This document shows positions 21,753 to 31,645 of a stretch of 54,417 nt of DNA, piece after piece. A program made the translations under genes and the position numbers. The notes under the pieces were generated by a model. That model worked only from the letters and a program-made list of their open reading frames with translations. It searched no databases and was not told where the DNA came from. Position 1 is the first letter of the stretch. Each line of letters begins with the position of its first letter. This DNA is from Deltaproteobacteria bacterium (GTDB lineage: Bacteria > Myxococcota > JACRCW01): the NCBI GenBank assembly GCA_016218805.1, contig JACRCW010000073.1:1-54417 (forward strand). Reading direction: 5' to 3'.

Positions 21753-24145
21753 ATGCCTCCCCCCGCTTGCGGGGGGAGGTCGGCCAGGCGGAGCCTGGCC
21801 AGGTGGGGGGTGGAGGCAGTGTGGGGACCTTCACGTCATGGAACGGGCGGGCGGCTGGTGCGCTGACGCACCGGCACCACCCCCCACCCGGGCGATGCTT
21901 TGCATCGCCCGGCCTCCCCCACAAGGGGGGAGGCTACGCAGGGGCGCTGCTCCTGGCGGCGCTGGTGGCAGCGCTCCTGGCGACGTCACCTGCCGCGGCG
22001 CAACCCGCTGAAAAGCCGCATTTGGTGTTGTGGCACGCGTACCGGGGCGCGGAAAAGCAGGCTTTGGAGCAGGGCGTCCAGGTGCACAACACGGATCCCC
22101 GCACGCCGTACCAGCTGGACCTGCTGGCCATCCCGTACGATGCGCTCGTTGACAAGATCACCGCAGCGGTGCCGCGCGGCCGCGGCCCGGACCTGTTCAT
22201 CTTTGCGCACGACACCATTGGTGACTGGGCCGAAGCGGGCATTCTCCACCCGCTGGAAGGCCAGGTGGACACGACGCTGCTGAACGCATTCCTGGAGCAG
22301 ACGCTGCCGCCGCTGCTGTACCGCGGGAAGCTCTACGGGTTGCCGTTGGCGTTCAAGAGCACGGCGCTGCTGTACCGGACGGACCTGGTGACATCCCCGC
22401 CGGCGGACACGGACGCATTGCTGGCGCTGGCCAAGCCGCTGACCAACGTTGACGACGGGCGTTATGGCCTGGTCTACGAAAGCGGCCTGCTGTACTTCCA
22501 CGCGGCGTGGTTGTTCGGGTTTGGCGGGACGCTGTTTGGTCCGGACGGGCGGCCGCAGCTGGACACCCCGGAGAATGCGGCGTCATTGGCCTTTGCCGCG
22601 CGCCTGGCGCGTGAGGACCGGATCATTCCGCAGGAGGTGAACGGCGCGCTGGTGACGGCGCTGATTTCTGAAGGCAAGGCGGCCATGGCCATCACCGGTC
22701 CGTGGTTGCTGGCGGATCTCCCGGCGGGTGCGCCGGTGGGCGTGGCGCCGCTGCCCATCATCAAGGCGACCGGGAAGCGTGCGCGGCCGTTCATGACGAC
22801 GGAGGCGGTGTTTGTCTCCGAAAAAGGGACGCGCAAGGACCTGGCGGTGCAGGCGGCGGCGTGGTTGGCGGGGGAGCAATCCGCACAATTGCGTCTGCGG
22901 GGTGGGCGGCAGCCGGTGGCGTTCCGTGCGGCGTGGGACAATCTGCCGAAATCCGAAACGGCGCTGTGGGCGTTCCGCGCGCAGTTGGCGGACACGGTGC
23001 CCACGCCCAACACCCCGGCCATGAAGAGCCTGTGGTCGCCCATGGACAATGCGCTGGGGCTGGTGCTCAACGGCTCCGCCACGCCGGAGGAAGCGCTGAA
23101 GGCGGCGCAGGAGAAGGTGCGGGACGTCATTGCCAAGGTTGAGACGCCCGTAGAGGAGGGTCCCTTCCCGGGTTTCATGGCGTTGATGGCGCTGCTGGGC
23201 GTGTGGGCGCTGTGGTGGGGTTTCCGGCAGGTGCAGGGCTACCGCCGGCAGGCACACCTGTACGACGCGCGGGTGACGCGGCGGGCGTACGTCTACGCGT
23301 TCCCGGCGCTGCTGGCCATGGGGGTGCTGACGTTTGTGCCGTTTGCGGTGGGCGTGGGAATGGGGTTCTTCCGCCACACGTACGGCCGCTGGGACTTTGT
23401 GGGCCTGGCGAATTACCGTGATTTGCTGGGTGGGACGGATTCACGCTTCTTCTACACGCTGGGAATCACGGTGTTCTGGACGGCGGTGAACGTGTTCCTG
23501 CACGTGACCATCGGTCTGTTCCTGGCGCTGTTGCTGAACCGGCCGGGGCTGAAGGGCAGGGCGGTGTACCGGGTCCTGCTCATCGTCCCGTGGGCGGTGC
23601 CCAGCTACATCACGGCGTTGATCTGGAAGGGCATGTTCCACCCGGACTACGGCGTTGTGAACGAAGTGCTCGCGCGCATCGGGTTTGGCACGCGCGGCAT
23701 GAGCTGGATGGCGGACGCGGTGACGGCGTTCCTGGCCAACCTGGTCACCAACACGTGGCTGGGATTCCCGTTCATGATGGTGGTGTCTTTGGGCGCGCTG
23801 CAGTCCATCCCCACGGACCTGTATGAAGCCGCGCGGCTGGACGGGGCCACCGCGTGGCAGCAGTTCACGCGCATCACGCTGCCGCTGCTGAAGCCGGCGT
23901 TGCTCCCCGCGGTGCTGCTGGGCAGCGTGTGGACGTTCAACCAGTTCAACGTGGTGTACCTGGTGAGTGGCGGTGGTCCGGATGGGCGGACGGACCTTCT
24001 CGTCACGGAGGCGTTCCGCTGGGCTTTTGAACGCGGTCCGGGCGGCGCGTTTGGCCTGTCCGCGGCGTACTCCATGCTCATCTTCACCATCCTGCTGGGG
24101 TACACGGCGGTGTTGGACCGCGTGACCGGCAAGGAGGAGGCGTGA
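21749..24145 (+). CDS. fused sugar-binding protein plus ABC permease (MalE-MalF-like)
   Basis: [10 protein letters not shown] and AMAITGPW (MalE-like), then transmembrane segments with [14 protein letters not shown] overlap with the ATPase. Confidence 0.9.
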   Translation: MNASPRLRGEVGQAEPGQVGGGGSVGTFTSWNGRAAGALTHRHHPPPGRCFASPGLPHKGGGYAGALLLAALVAALLATSPAAAQPAEKPHLVLWHAYRGAEKQALEQGVQVHNTDPRTPYQLDLLAIPYDALVDKITAAVPRGRGPDLFIFAHDTIGDWAEAGILHPLEGQVDTTLLNAFLEQTLPPLLYRGKLYGLPLAFKSTALLYRTDLVTSPPADTDALLALAKPLTNVDDGRYGLVYESGLLYFHAAWLFGFGGTLFGPDGRPQLDTPENAASLAFAARLAREDRIIPQEVNGALVTALISEGKAAMAITGPWLLADLPAGAPVGVAPLPIIKATGKRARPFMTTEAVFVSEKGTRKDLAVQAAAWLAGEQSAQLRLRGGRQPVAFRAAWDNLPKSETALWAFRAQLADTVPTPNTPAMKSLWSPMDNALGLVLNGSATPEEALKAAQEKVRDVIAKVETPVEEGPFPGFMALMALLGVWALWWGFRQVQGYRRQAHLYDARVTRRAYVYAFPALLAMGVLTFVPFAVGVGMGFFRHTYGRWDFVGLANYRDLLGGTDSRFFYTLGITVFWTAVNVFLHVTIGLFLALLLNRPGLKGRAVYRVLLIVPWAVPSYITALIWKGMFHPDYGVVNEVLARIGFGTRGMSWMADAVTAFLANLVTNTWLGFPFMMVVSLGALQSIPTDLYEAARLDGATAWQQFTRITLPLLKPALLPAVLLGSVWTFNQFNVVYLVSGGGPDGRTDLLVTEAFRWAFERGPGGAFGLSAAYSMLIFTILLGYTAVLDRVTGKEEA
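21755..21810 (-). repeat. two-hairpin REP-like element, copy 2 (inside the CDS)
   Basis: Reverse complement of the copy 1 consensus, with hairpin GGCCAGGC/TCC/GCCTGGCC. Confidence 0.85.
21880..21934 (+). repeat. two-hairpin REP-like element, copy 3 (inverted partner of copy 2)
   Basis: CCCCCCACCC-GGGCGATGC/TTT/GCATCGCCC-GG-CCTCCCCC/ACAA/GGGGGGAGG. Confidence 0.85.
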
Positions 24146-24972
24146 TGCAGCTGCTCGTGCACCTCTTCCTGGTGGTGGTGACCCTTTGCACGCTTTACCC
24201 GGTGCTGTGGGTCGTGAAGATGGCGTTGACGCCGTCACAGGCGTTTGCGGTGGGATTGTCGCCCATCCCGGATACGGTGGCGGCGGACAACTTCCGCTCC
24301 GTGGTGGGGAACACCGCCATGGACGGGACGTGGGTGTTTGGTCACCAGTTGCTCAACAGTGTGCTGGTGTCCGCGGCCACCGCGCTCGTCGGGCTGCTGG
24401 TGAGCGTGTTGGCCGCGTACGCCATGAGCCGCTTCCGTTTCCCCGGCCGGCAACTGTCCATGTCGTCCATGTTCCTCACGCAGATGTTCCCCGGCACGCT
24501 GATGATGGTGCCGCTGTACGCCATCCTGGACCGGTTGAACCTGCTGGACCAGCTGGCGGGTCTCGTTGTGGTGTACGCCACCACCAGCGTGCCGTTCTCG
24601 GTGTGGTTGCTGAAGGGCTACTTTGACACGCTGCCCAAGGACCTGGAGGAGGCGGCGCTCATGGACGGCGCCAGCCGGGCGCAGATCCTGGTGCGCATTG
24701 TGCTGCCGCTGGCGCGGCCCGGCATGGCGGTGACGGGGTTGTTCAGCTTCATGACCGCGTGGAACGAATACATCCTGGCCGCCAAGTTCATGTCCCGCGA
24801 GGTGTCCTACACCCTCCCGGTGGTGCTGGCGCAGTACGCAGGCACCAAGAGCACGGCGTGGGGAAACTTCGCTGCGGGGGCGCTGATTGTGTCCATTCCC
24901 GTCATGGCGCTCTTTTTTGCGCTGCAAAAGCACCTCGTGGGCGGGTTGACCGCCGGGGCCGTGAAGGGCTGA
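24145..24972 (+). CDS. carbohydrate ABC transporter permease (MalG-like)
   Basis: LEEAALMDGA EAA loop, QMFP, AWNEY, GLTAGAVKG. Confidence 0.94.
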   Translation: MQLLVHLFLVVVTLCTLYPVLWVVKMALTPSQAFAVGLSPIPDTVAADNFRSVVGNTAMDGTWVFGHQLLNSVLVSAATALVGLLVSVLAAYAMSRFRFPGRQLSMSSMFLTQMFPGTLMMVPLYAILDRLNLLDQLAGLVVVYATTSVPFSVWLLKGYFDTLPKDLEEAALMDGASRAQILVRIVLPLARPGMAVTGLFSFMTAWNEYILAAKFMSREVSYTLPVVLAQYAGTKSTAWGNFAAGALIVSIPVMALFFALQKHLVGGLTAGAVKG

Positions 24973-25032
24973 CGCGGGCGCTGCGCTCCGCTAGGCTCGT
25001 GTGGTCGCCACGCATTGAGGTCGGAGAACGGC

Positions 25033-26304
25033 ATGACGAACATCCGTGCTGGGGTTGGTGGTGCGCGCGCGCAGCAGGTCCAGGCGCTGCAGCAGCCCCA
25101 GCAGGCGCAGAAGGCGCAGGCCCCGCAGAAGAAGAAGGTTGAAGAGCACAAGAAGCGCGTGGTCACGCAGGATGACCGGCATGGCGCCGCGGCGCGCGCG
25201 TTTGACGGGGGCACCGCGCAGGTGCTGCAGCAGAAGGTGGGCGCCCGGCGGGACGGCGCGGTGGGGTTTGGCCAGAACGTGGGGCAGCGGCCGCTGCGCA
25301 GCGCACCAGGCGCACCGTCGCCCGCGGCGTGGGCCAACGCGGGCCACGGCGTGCTGGCGCACGTGACCGCGCACCCGCCAATAGGGCGGATTGAACCCGG
25401 GCAGAGCTTCATGCGCGTGGGCGCCGCCGCGGTGCTGGGCGCCGTCATCATGGCGGGGGTGGAGCCCGTGGCGCGGCTGTGCGCCGCCGTCGCCACGCAC
25501 CCGTCCGACCGTTTGCCGCCGGAGCTGCGCGCGGAGATCCAGGGCGCACCGCAGGCGCTGCGGACGGGCCGCGCGGAATTCGGCCTGTTTGTGAAGCTGC
25601 AGACGGCCATTGCGCTGGCGTCATCAAGAACGCAGGAATTCACCGCCATGGTGCGTGAGGCGTTGCGGCCACCCATGCTCAACGCGCTGGCGCGCGAGCA
25701 GCGTGACCAGCTCCGCCTGTACGAACGCATGCTGCAGAACCACGCCGTGCTTGATCCCGCGCAGTGCAACACGCTGTCGCACCTGTTGACGACGGCGCGC
25801 GGTGCCCCCACACCGGTGTTGCGCGCGTGGGACCCGGCCCTGCCGGCGGGCGCGGACAAGCGCACGCTGCGCGTGTGGCTCGCACCGCCCGGTGCGCCGC
25901 CCGCGGAGCTGTTTGACCCGGATATCGTGGCATTCTGCCGGGAGGCGCGCCTGCTGCGCGGCGACGTCACCCGCGTGGAAGCGCCGCCGCCCGGTGAACC
26001 GCTGCGCCTGCTGGCCCCACTGCTGGATGAACTTGGCGCAGGGAGCGCGGCGGTGGTGCAGACGCACCTGACGGACCACGCGGACGACGCTGAGGCATCA
26101 CACTTTGTGCTGCTGGGGCGCCGCGGGGATGGGACCGCGTACCTGTACAACCCGGATCCCCGCGGCGGTGATTTCACGGTGTTGTTTGGGCGGGTGGGGC
26201 GCAACCAGCCCGCGGAGTTCACCGCGGAACTGACCCGGTACCAGGCGCGCATTCGGGATGACGTTGACGGCGATCCACCCGTGGTGTTCCGCGTGGTGGC
26301 GTGA
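25033..26304 (+). CDS. hypothetical protein, possible degenerate papain/C39-like fold with a Gln-rich N-terminus
   Basis: Long ORF; SHFVLL...YLYNPDP near the C-terminus; MRVGAAAVL where a CG motif would be expected. Confidence 0.55.
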   Translation: MTNIRAGVGGARAQQVQALQQPQQAQKAQAPQKKKVEEHKKRVVTQDDRHGAAARAFDGGTAQVLQQKVGARRDGAVGFGQNVGQRPLRSAPGAPSPAAWANAGHGVLAHVTAHPPIGRIEPGQSFMRVGAAAVLGAVIMAGVEPVARLCAAVATHPSDRLPPELRAEIQGAPQALRTGRAEFGLFVKLQTAIALASSRTQEFTAMVREALRPPMLNALAREQRDQLRLYERMLQNHAVLDPAQCNTLSHLLTTARGAPTPVLRAWDPALPAGADKRTLRVWLAPPGAPPAELFDPDIVAFCREARLLRGDVTRVEAPPPGEPLRLLAPLLDELGAGSAAVVQTHLTDHADDAEASHFVLLGRRGDGTAYLYNPDPRGGDFTVLFGRVGRNQPAEFTAELTRYQARIRDDVDGDPPVVFRVVA

Positions 26305-26313
26305 GGAGGAAGC

Positions 26314-27300
26314 GTGCACGTGCTGCTGGCCTTGGCGGGGATCGTCGCGGCGCAGGCGCCGGTTGTCGTCGTCGCCGTGGTTTCAACCGCCGCACCGCAG
26401 CCGGCACTGACAGAGTTGGAAGGTCAACTCCGCCAGGCCATTGCGCAGGAGGCCGGCGTGCGCGCGCAATCCGCCGCGGAATCCGGGTTGGGGCTGGACC
26501 AGGCGCGGGATGCCGGGTGGAAGTGTGACGGCGCGGCGGGCTGCCTGGCGCAGTTGGGGACCGCGCTGGGCGCGGATCTTGTGGTGCACGTGGCGTTGCA
26601 GGACGGTGTGGCGTTGCTGCAGGGCGTGGATGCACGCAAGGGGCTGGTTGCCAGTGTGCGCGGGGACTGGCGCGTGGATGGCGCCACGCGCGCCCGGCGG
26701 CTGGCGCGGTGGGGCAGGGCGGTGCTCGGGCGGGGCGGCACGCTGGTGCTCCAGCCCACCGCGCCGGTGCGCGTGCGCGTGAGCGGCGAGGACATAGCGG
26801 CGGCGCCCCCCGTCACGCTGGTCCAGGGTCTTGCGGCGGGCGTCCACGTTGTGGATGCAGGGGGGAAGGCCCGCAACGTCACAGTGGCCGCCGGCGCGTC
26901 CGTCAACGTGGTGGTGACCCCGGCAGGCGCTTTCCTGGAGGGTGAAACCCCGCGAAACGCGCCGGCCGGCGGCGGCAACGCCATGCGCTGGGCGATTGCC
27001 GGAGTGGGCGGCGGCATCGCGGCGCTCGGGGTGATCGCGGGGATGGCGTCGGTCGTCGCCGCTGCGGGCGCGGGCGGGTTGGCGTTTCAGCAGTATTCCG
27101 CGCTGGAACACAACGCGGAGGGTTACCTGGTTGCGCGCGCCGGCCAGACCCGCGCGGAGGTGGAACAGACGCGCAACCTCGTCGTGGTGAGCGGCCTGGC
27201 CGGCATGGCGGCGGGGCTCGTGGCACTGTTGGCGGCGGGCGTATTCCTCGTCGGGCTGGTGGTTGGACTGGGAGGTGCAGCGTGGGCAATCACAGGCTGA
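26314..27300 (+). CDS. membrane protein with a PEGA-like domain and hydrophobic Gly/Ala-rich C-terminus
   Basis: GAGGAG RBS; CDGAAGCLAQLGTALGAD motif; GLAAGVHVV; two long hydrophobic C-terminal segments. Confidence 0.65.
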   Translation: MHVLLALAGIVAAQAPVVVVAVVSTAAPQPALTELEGQLRQAIAQEAGVRAQSAAESGLGLDQARDAGWKCDGAAGCLAQLGTALGADLVVHVALQDGVALLQGVDARKGLVASVRGDWRVDGATRARRLARWGRAVLGRGGTLVLQPTAPVRVRVSGEDIAAAPPVTLVQGLAAGVHVVDAGGKARNVTVAAGASVNVVVTPAGAFLEGETPRNAPAGGGNAMRWAIAGVGGGIAALGVIAGMASVVAAAGAGGLAFQQYSALEHNAEGYLVARAGQTRAEVEQTRNLVVVSGLAGMAAGLVALLAAGVFLVGLVVGLGGAAWAITG

Positions 27301-29132
27301 CAGCGCGTCTGGCGTGGCGGGTGTGCGGGTTGGTGCTGCCCCTGGCGGGCTGCCCCACGTGCCTCACGCTGGCGGAATGCACGGATTCCGCTGATTGCGG
27401 TGCAGGGTATGAATGCGCGGAATCGCTGTGCCGCCGTGTTGAGGGCACAGGGGGCGGCAGCAGCGGTGTGGCCAGCGGCGCCAGTACGTCCGCGTCCAGC
27501 AGCGGACCCCACTCCGCGGCGGGCAGTTCGTCCTCGGCAACGCAAAGCTCGGGCGCATCGTCTGGCGCAGCAAGCGCCACGTCCGCGTCCGATTCGCGGC
27601 CACCGAGCTCGCAGGGGACGGCCTCATCCCTGGGATTCACGTCCGGCGCCACCAGCACGCCCGGCAGCGGCGTGTCCAGCTCCGCCACCGCGTCTTCCAC
27701 CGCGGCAGCATCGTCGTCCGCGGCCGGCGCGTCGTCATCCGTTGGCACAACCTCGGCGCAACCGGCGTCCTCCTCCGCCACGGCTTCCTCCAGCAGCGCG
27801 CCGGTCTCTTCCTCGTCGGCATCCGTATCCAGCATGTCCGCGGATCCATGCGCAGGTTCCTCCCGTGACGCGCGGTGCGTCGTGCCGTTGGCCACGGATT
27901 TGGCGAACCGCACCGGAAAGCACTACTTCGCGCCCAAGAGCACGGACGTTGGCGGCTCCACGGAGGCGCTCATCAGCGAGAAAGTCGGCAATCGGCAGGT
28001 GCTGCTGACCGCGTCTGCGTCCCTCACGGGCAACCAGAACGTGCCGCATCCGCCCATGGCCGGCCCGTTCCCTACCATGCCAGCGCCGGCTTTTGGCTCG
28101 TCGTCGTTGATCGTTGTCGCCTATCCAGGCGACAACCACGTAGAGTTCCGGCAGGCGGCTCTCGCGTTGTTCGGCACCGAGATTGACACCGGGCTGCACC
28201 ACAACGTCCCCGTCGTGGACCCGGCCGGGATTGTCCTCCTCCCCGGCTACGGCGAGACCGAGTCGCAGATCCTGACGCGTGACCAGGGCGCCTGGAGATG
28301 GGGCAACTACACAACGTCAAGCGCGGCCGCCAATGCGTTTGGCGCCCGCCTGTGCACGCCGGGGCAGCTGGTTGTGGACGCGGGGACGCAACTCACCGCA
28401 CTGAAGGGCATGACCTCCGCCAACCCCGGCGGCGGCACGTCCACGGCGCTGAGCAGCGCGGATCCGCCGGCGTGGCCACCCGTTGTCCTGCGGGACGCCA
28501 GCAGCGTTGCGCACATCCTCACCTTCCGTACCGCCGGCGGGAACTCCGTGGTCTACCACTTCACCTGGAATGGGTCGGCACTCGTTCCGGGCACGGCACC
28601 GGGAAGCCTCCAGGTCAACGGCTACGTCATCTCCGGACCCGCTGCCATTGCGGTCCAGGTCGGCGGTGTTACGCCGCGGTTCGTCCTGCCCACGAACAGA
28701 GGCGTCCTGCTCAGCGCGCCTGTGGCGTTCACGTCCACGACCACCTTTGCGTTCACGGGGGTTGCTGGTGACAACGTCACGCTCGGCGGGGTGGTCACCA
28801 CGCATCTGCGCCGTGCCGACGGGCTCTACGCCATCGTGGGGGACTCCGCCGGGACGGTGAACGCGGTGCGCGTGTCGGACGGGGCAGTCCTCGCCGGATA
28901 CGGCTGGCCCATCAGGATTTCCGGTACCGCGCCGCGGATCGTGGAATCCCCCGCCGTGATCACGCTCGGCACCGCCCGGTGGCTCGTCGTGTCATGGGAA
29001 GACGGGAATGACGGGTTCATCAACGTCTACGAACTCAGCCCCGCAGCGGAAGCGGCTCCGGAGGTGGAATGGCCGGAATTCCAGCGGGACGGCACCAACA
29101 GCGGATGCGTTGCCCTGCCAACCGTCAACTGA
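27282..29132 (+). CDS. lipoprotein with a Cys-rich N-terminus, Ser-rich linker and probable beta-propeller
   Basis: Lipobox LAGC; CTDSADCGAGYEC; about 130-aa Ser/Ala/Thr tract; GYGWP and terminal WPEFQRDGTNSG. Confidence 0.7.
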   Translation: MGNHRLTARLAWRVCGLVLPLAGCPTCLTLAECTDSADCGAGYECAESLCRRVEGTGGGSSGVASGASTSASSSGPHSAAGSSSSATQSSGASSGAASATSASDSRPPSSQGTASSLGFTSGATSTPGSGVSSSATASSTAAASSSAAGASSSVGTTSAQPASSSATASSSSAPVSSSSASVSSMSADPCAGSSRDARCVVPLATDLANRTGKHYFAPKSTDVGGSTEALISEKVGNRQVLLTASASLTGNQNVPHPPMAGPFPTMPAPAFGSSSLIVVAYPGDNHVEFRQAALALFGTEIDTGLHHNVPVVDPAGIVLLPGYGETESQILTRDQGAWRWGNYTTSSAAANAFGARLCTPGQLVVDAGTQLTALKGMTSANPGGGTSTALSSADPPAWPPVVLRDASSVAHILTFRTAGGNSVVYHFTWNGSALVPGTAPGSLQVNGYVISGPAAIAVQVGGVTPRFVLPTNRGVLLSAPVAFTSTTTFAFTGVAGDNVTLGGVVTTHLRRADGLYAIVGDSAGTVNAVRVSDGAVLAGYGWPIRISGTAPRIVESPAVITLGTARWLVVSWEDGNDGFINVYELSPAAEAAPEVEWPEFQRDGTNSGCVALPTVN

Positions 29133-29133
29133 G

Positions 29134-30708
29134 TCAGATGACGCGCAGGTAGTCCTTCACGTCCTGTTTCCACGCGGGGACACCGCAGTACCGCGGCCCT
29201 TCCGGGCAATAGGGCGTGATGTCCGCCCGGTGGCGCAGGCCGCACGGGGGCAGCTGCCACTTTCCCAGGCGCGGGTGCACCGCGCGCACCTGTTCCACCT
29301 CGTCCACGGACGCGCGCCAGATTTCCTCCTGCGCGGTGAAGCACAGCCGGGTGGTCCACTTGTGGTGCTGGTAGAGCAGGTCCCCGCTCTCCGTGAAGCG
29401 GATGGGGAACGCGTTGGGCAGCAGGTACAGCCAGGCCGCCGCGGGGACGGCGCGCTCCTGGAGCGTCCGCATGGCCTGCCAGACGGTCTCCATGCACGCG
29501 GTGAACCGGTCCAGCGCGCGCGCGTTCATGGCCAGCATGGGCGGAATGACCACGTCCACCGCGCCCAGGTCCACCTGCCGCGCCAGCACCGGCCGTGACG
29601 CCGGCGTCATGCGGTGGCGCTGGTCCTGGCTGTCCGCGGTGTGGCTCAGTTTCTTGCGGAACGTGTAGCTGGCGTGGTGGAGCGCGCGTGGGAGCTTGGC
29701 GGTGGTGAGCAGGTTGAGCGCGCCGCCCAGGTACGGATTGCGCGCGGGGTCCAGCACGCGGGCAATGGCGTCGTCGTCACTGAGGTCCGCGCGGGACAGC
29801 GCCAGCATCTCCCGGACGGTCTCCGCCACCGTGGCTTCGGCGCGCGGGTCATGCCCGGCCAGCACGGAGACGCGGCCGCCCAGCGCGGCGTCAAACTCCC
29901 GGCGGAACGCCGCCGCGGCGCCGCCTGCCGCCGGGGCGCGCAGTTGCTCCAGCGCCCGCGCCTCCAACGTCTCGTCGGCGGGGAGCGGGTCCTCCAGCAC
30001 GTTGAACAGCGCCGGGTCCAACGCGCGCACGCACGCCACCATGGCCTCCACCAGCGCGCGCGCCTCGCCCGGCACATCCGCCTGTTCGCACAGGCGCCAG
30101 TAACGGTACAGCGTGAGCGCGCTGATGGTGTGGTACAGGTGCGCGTGCGTCGCCACCGGCAGCGCGTACCGGGCGATTTCCTGCGCTTTCTTCCGGATGT
30201 CCTTGCCGTATTCCGCGGCCTTTCTCCGCCGCGCGGGAAACACCGTGAAATACGCCGAGGCCGCCGTGGGCTCCAGTTCCTCCACCAGCGCGGCGTAACA
30301 CGCGTGCATCCCGGCCACGGTGCGGATGTAGAGGGCGCGGGTTTCCTCGTCCGGGAACGCCGGCACCGTGAAACGGCCCGGCTTGACCTCCACGTACCGC
30401 TGGCTGACTTGCTCCGAGTTGTAGAACGGGTGCGCATGCAGCAGGGACCACACCAGGTGGCGGCTCACCTGGTCCACCGCAAACGTGAAATGCGCGTGTT
30501 GCCACACCGTATGGTGCCCCGCCTCAAACGTGGAGCGCGCAATGCGGTCGCGCTGGTCGCGGGACGCTTCGCTGGCACCCACCTCTTCCGGCGTGATCAG
30601 GCGGCCCGCGTAGCAGGTGCGCGCCGCGGCAATGGCCGTGTTGTACGGGTCCGCCGGCCCTGCCACCAGGGTGACGCGCGGGAGGGGGGAGGGCGCGGCG
30701 CTCACCAT
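29134..30708 (-). CDS. thyX: FAD-dependent thymidylate synthase, tandem two-domain form
   Basis: Domain 1: GHHTVWQH...VSR...SQRYV...ARYALP. Domain 2: SHTADSQDQRHR...LYLLPNA...RLCFTAQEEI. Confidence 0.85.
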   Translation of the reverse strand: MVSAAPSPLPRVTLVAGPADPYNTAIAAARTCYAGRLITPEEVGASEASRDQRDRIARSTFEAGHHTVWQHAHFTFAVDQVSRHLVWSLLHAHPFYNSEQVSQRYVEVKPGRFTVPAFPDEETRALYIRTVAGMHACYAALVEELEPTAASAYFTVFPARRRKAAEYGKDIRKKAQEIARYALPVATHAHLYHTISALTLYRYWRLCEQADVPGEARALVEAMVACVRALDPALFNVLEDPLPADETLEARALEQLRAPAAGGAAAAFRREFDAALGGRVSVLAGHDPRAEATVAETVREMLALSRADLSDDDAIARVLDPARNPYLGGALNLLTTAKLPRALHHASYTFRKKLSHTADSQDQRHRMTPASRPVLARQVDLGAVDVVIPPMLAMNARALDRFTACMETVWQAMRTLQERAVPAAAWLYLLPNAFPIRFTESGDLLYQHHKWTTRLCFTAQEEIWRASVDEVEQVRAVHPRLGKWQLPPCGLRHRADITPYCPEGPRYCGVPAWKQDVKDYLRVI

Positions 30709-30770
30709 GCCGGACACCTACGCGATGTGCCCCGGTTGATGCGACCACCGCCCCGCGGCACATTGCAGAC

Positions 30771-31613
30771 GTGACCGAACCGACCTACCCGGAGCGCCTG
30801 GACGACGCACTGCGCCGCGTCCCGCTCCCCACGCCCACGCTGTGGCCGGCCACCCGGACCAACACCTACCTGCTGGGTGACCGCCAGCTGTGCGTGGTGG
30901 ACCCCGCGCCCTCGGACGCGGAGCACCAGCGGACGTTGCGGGATCACCTGCGCGCCCTGGCCCGTGACGGCGTGGAAACCGTGGCCCTGGTCCTCACGCA
31001 CCACCACGCGGATCACGTGGGTGCCACCGCGTGGCTGGCCACGGAGCTGCGCCTGCCCGTGCTGGCGCACCCGGAGACCGCCGCGCGCCTGCCCGGGCTG
31101 GTGGACCGCCTGCTGCAGGACGGGGACGCGCTCCCGTGTGACGGCCCCGCCTGGACGGCCCGTCACACGCCCGGCCACGCGGCGGGGCACCACGTGCTGG
31201 TCCGTGCCGCGGACGGCGCGGTGGTGGCCGGGGACATGGTGGCGGGGATCGGGACCATCCTGGTGGACCCGGATGAGGGCTCCATGCGGCTGTACCTGCA
31301 GTCGTTGGAACTCCTGCATTCCCTTGCACCGTCCGTGCTGTACCCCGCCCACGGGTTTGAACTCCGGCCCGCGGTGGCGGCCCTGGAACGCTATCTGGAA
31401 CACCGGCATGCGCGCGCGGCAGCGGTGCTGCAGCGCGTGGCCGCGGGTGACCGCATTCCGGAGGAGATGGTTCCACACATCTACCAGGATACACCGGCCC
31501 ACATGTATGCCGCCGCCGCGCTCAGCGTCCTGGCCATGCTGCGCATGCACCAGGAGGAAGGCCGCGTTTCTCACGACGGGGCACATTGGTTTCTCCGCGC
31601 CGATCCAGCTTGA
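30771..31613 (+). CDS. metallo-beta-lactamase-fold hydrolase (LACTB2-like)
   Basis: THHHADH, HTPGH, AGD, PAHG. Confidence 0.9.
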   Translation: MTEPTYPERLDDALRRVPLPTPTLWPATRTNTYLLGDRQLCVVDPAPSDAEHQRTLRDHLRALARDGVETVALVLTHHHADHVGATAWLATELRLPVLAHPETAARLPGLVDRLLQDGDALPCDGPAWTARHTPGHAAGHHVLVRAADGAVVAGDMVAGIGTILVDPDEGSMRLYLQSLELLHSLAPSVLYPAHGFELRPAVAALERYLEHRHARAAAVLQRVAAGDRIPEEMVPHIYQDTPAHMYAAAALSVLAMLRMHQEEGRVSHDGAHWFLRADPA

Positions 31614-31645
31614 ATTGCCCCTGCAGGCATGACTAGTATTCCGTC

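Noticed and set aside
27450..27850. Ser-rich repetitive DNA (also 4330-4560) as a mobile repeat
   Set aside because: Encodes ordinary low-complexity lipoprotein linkers
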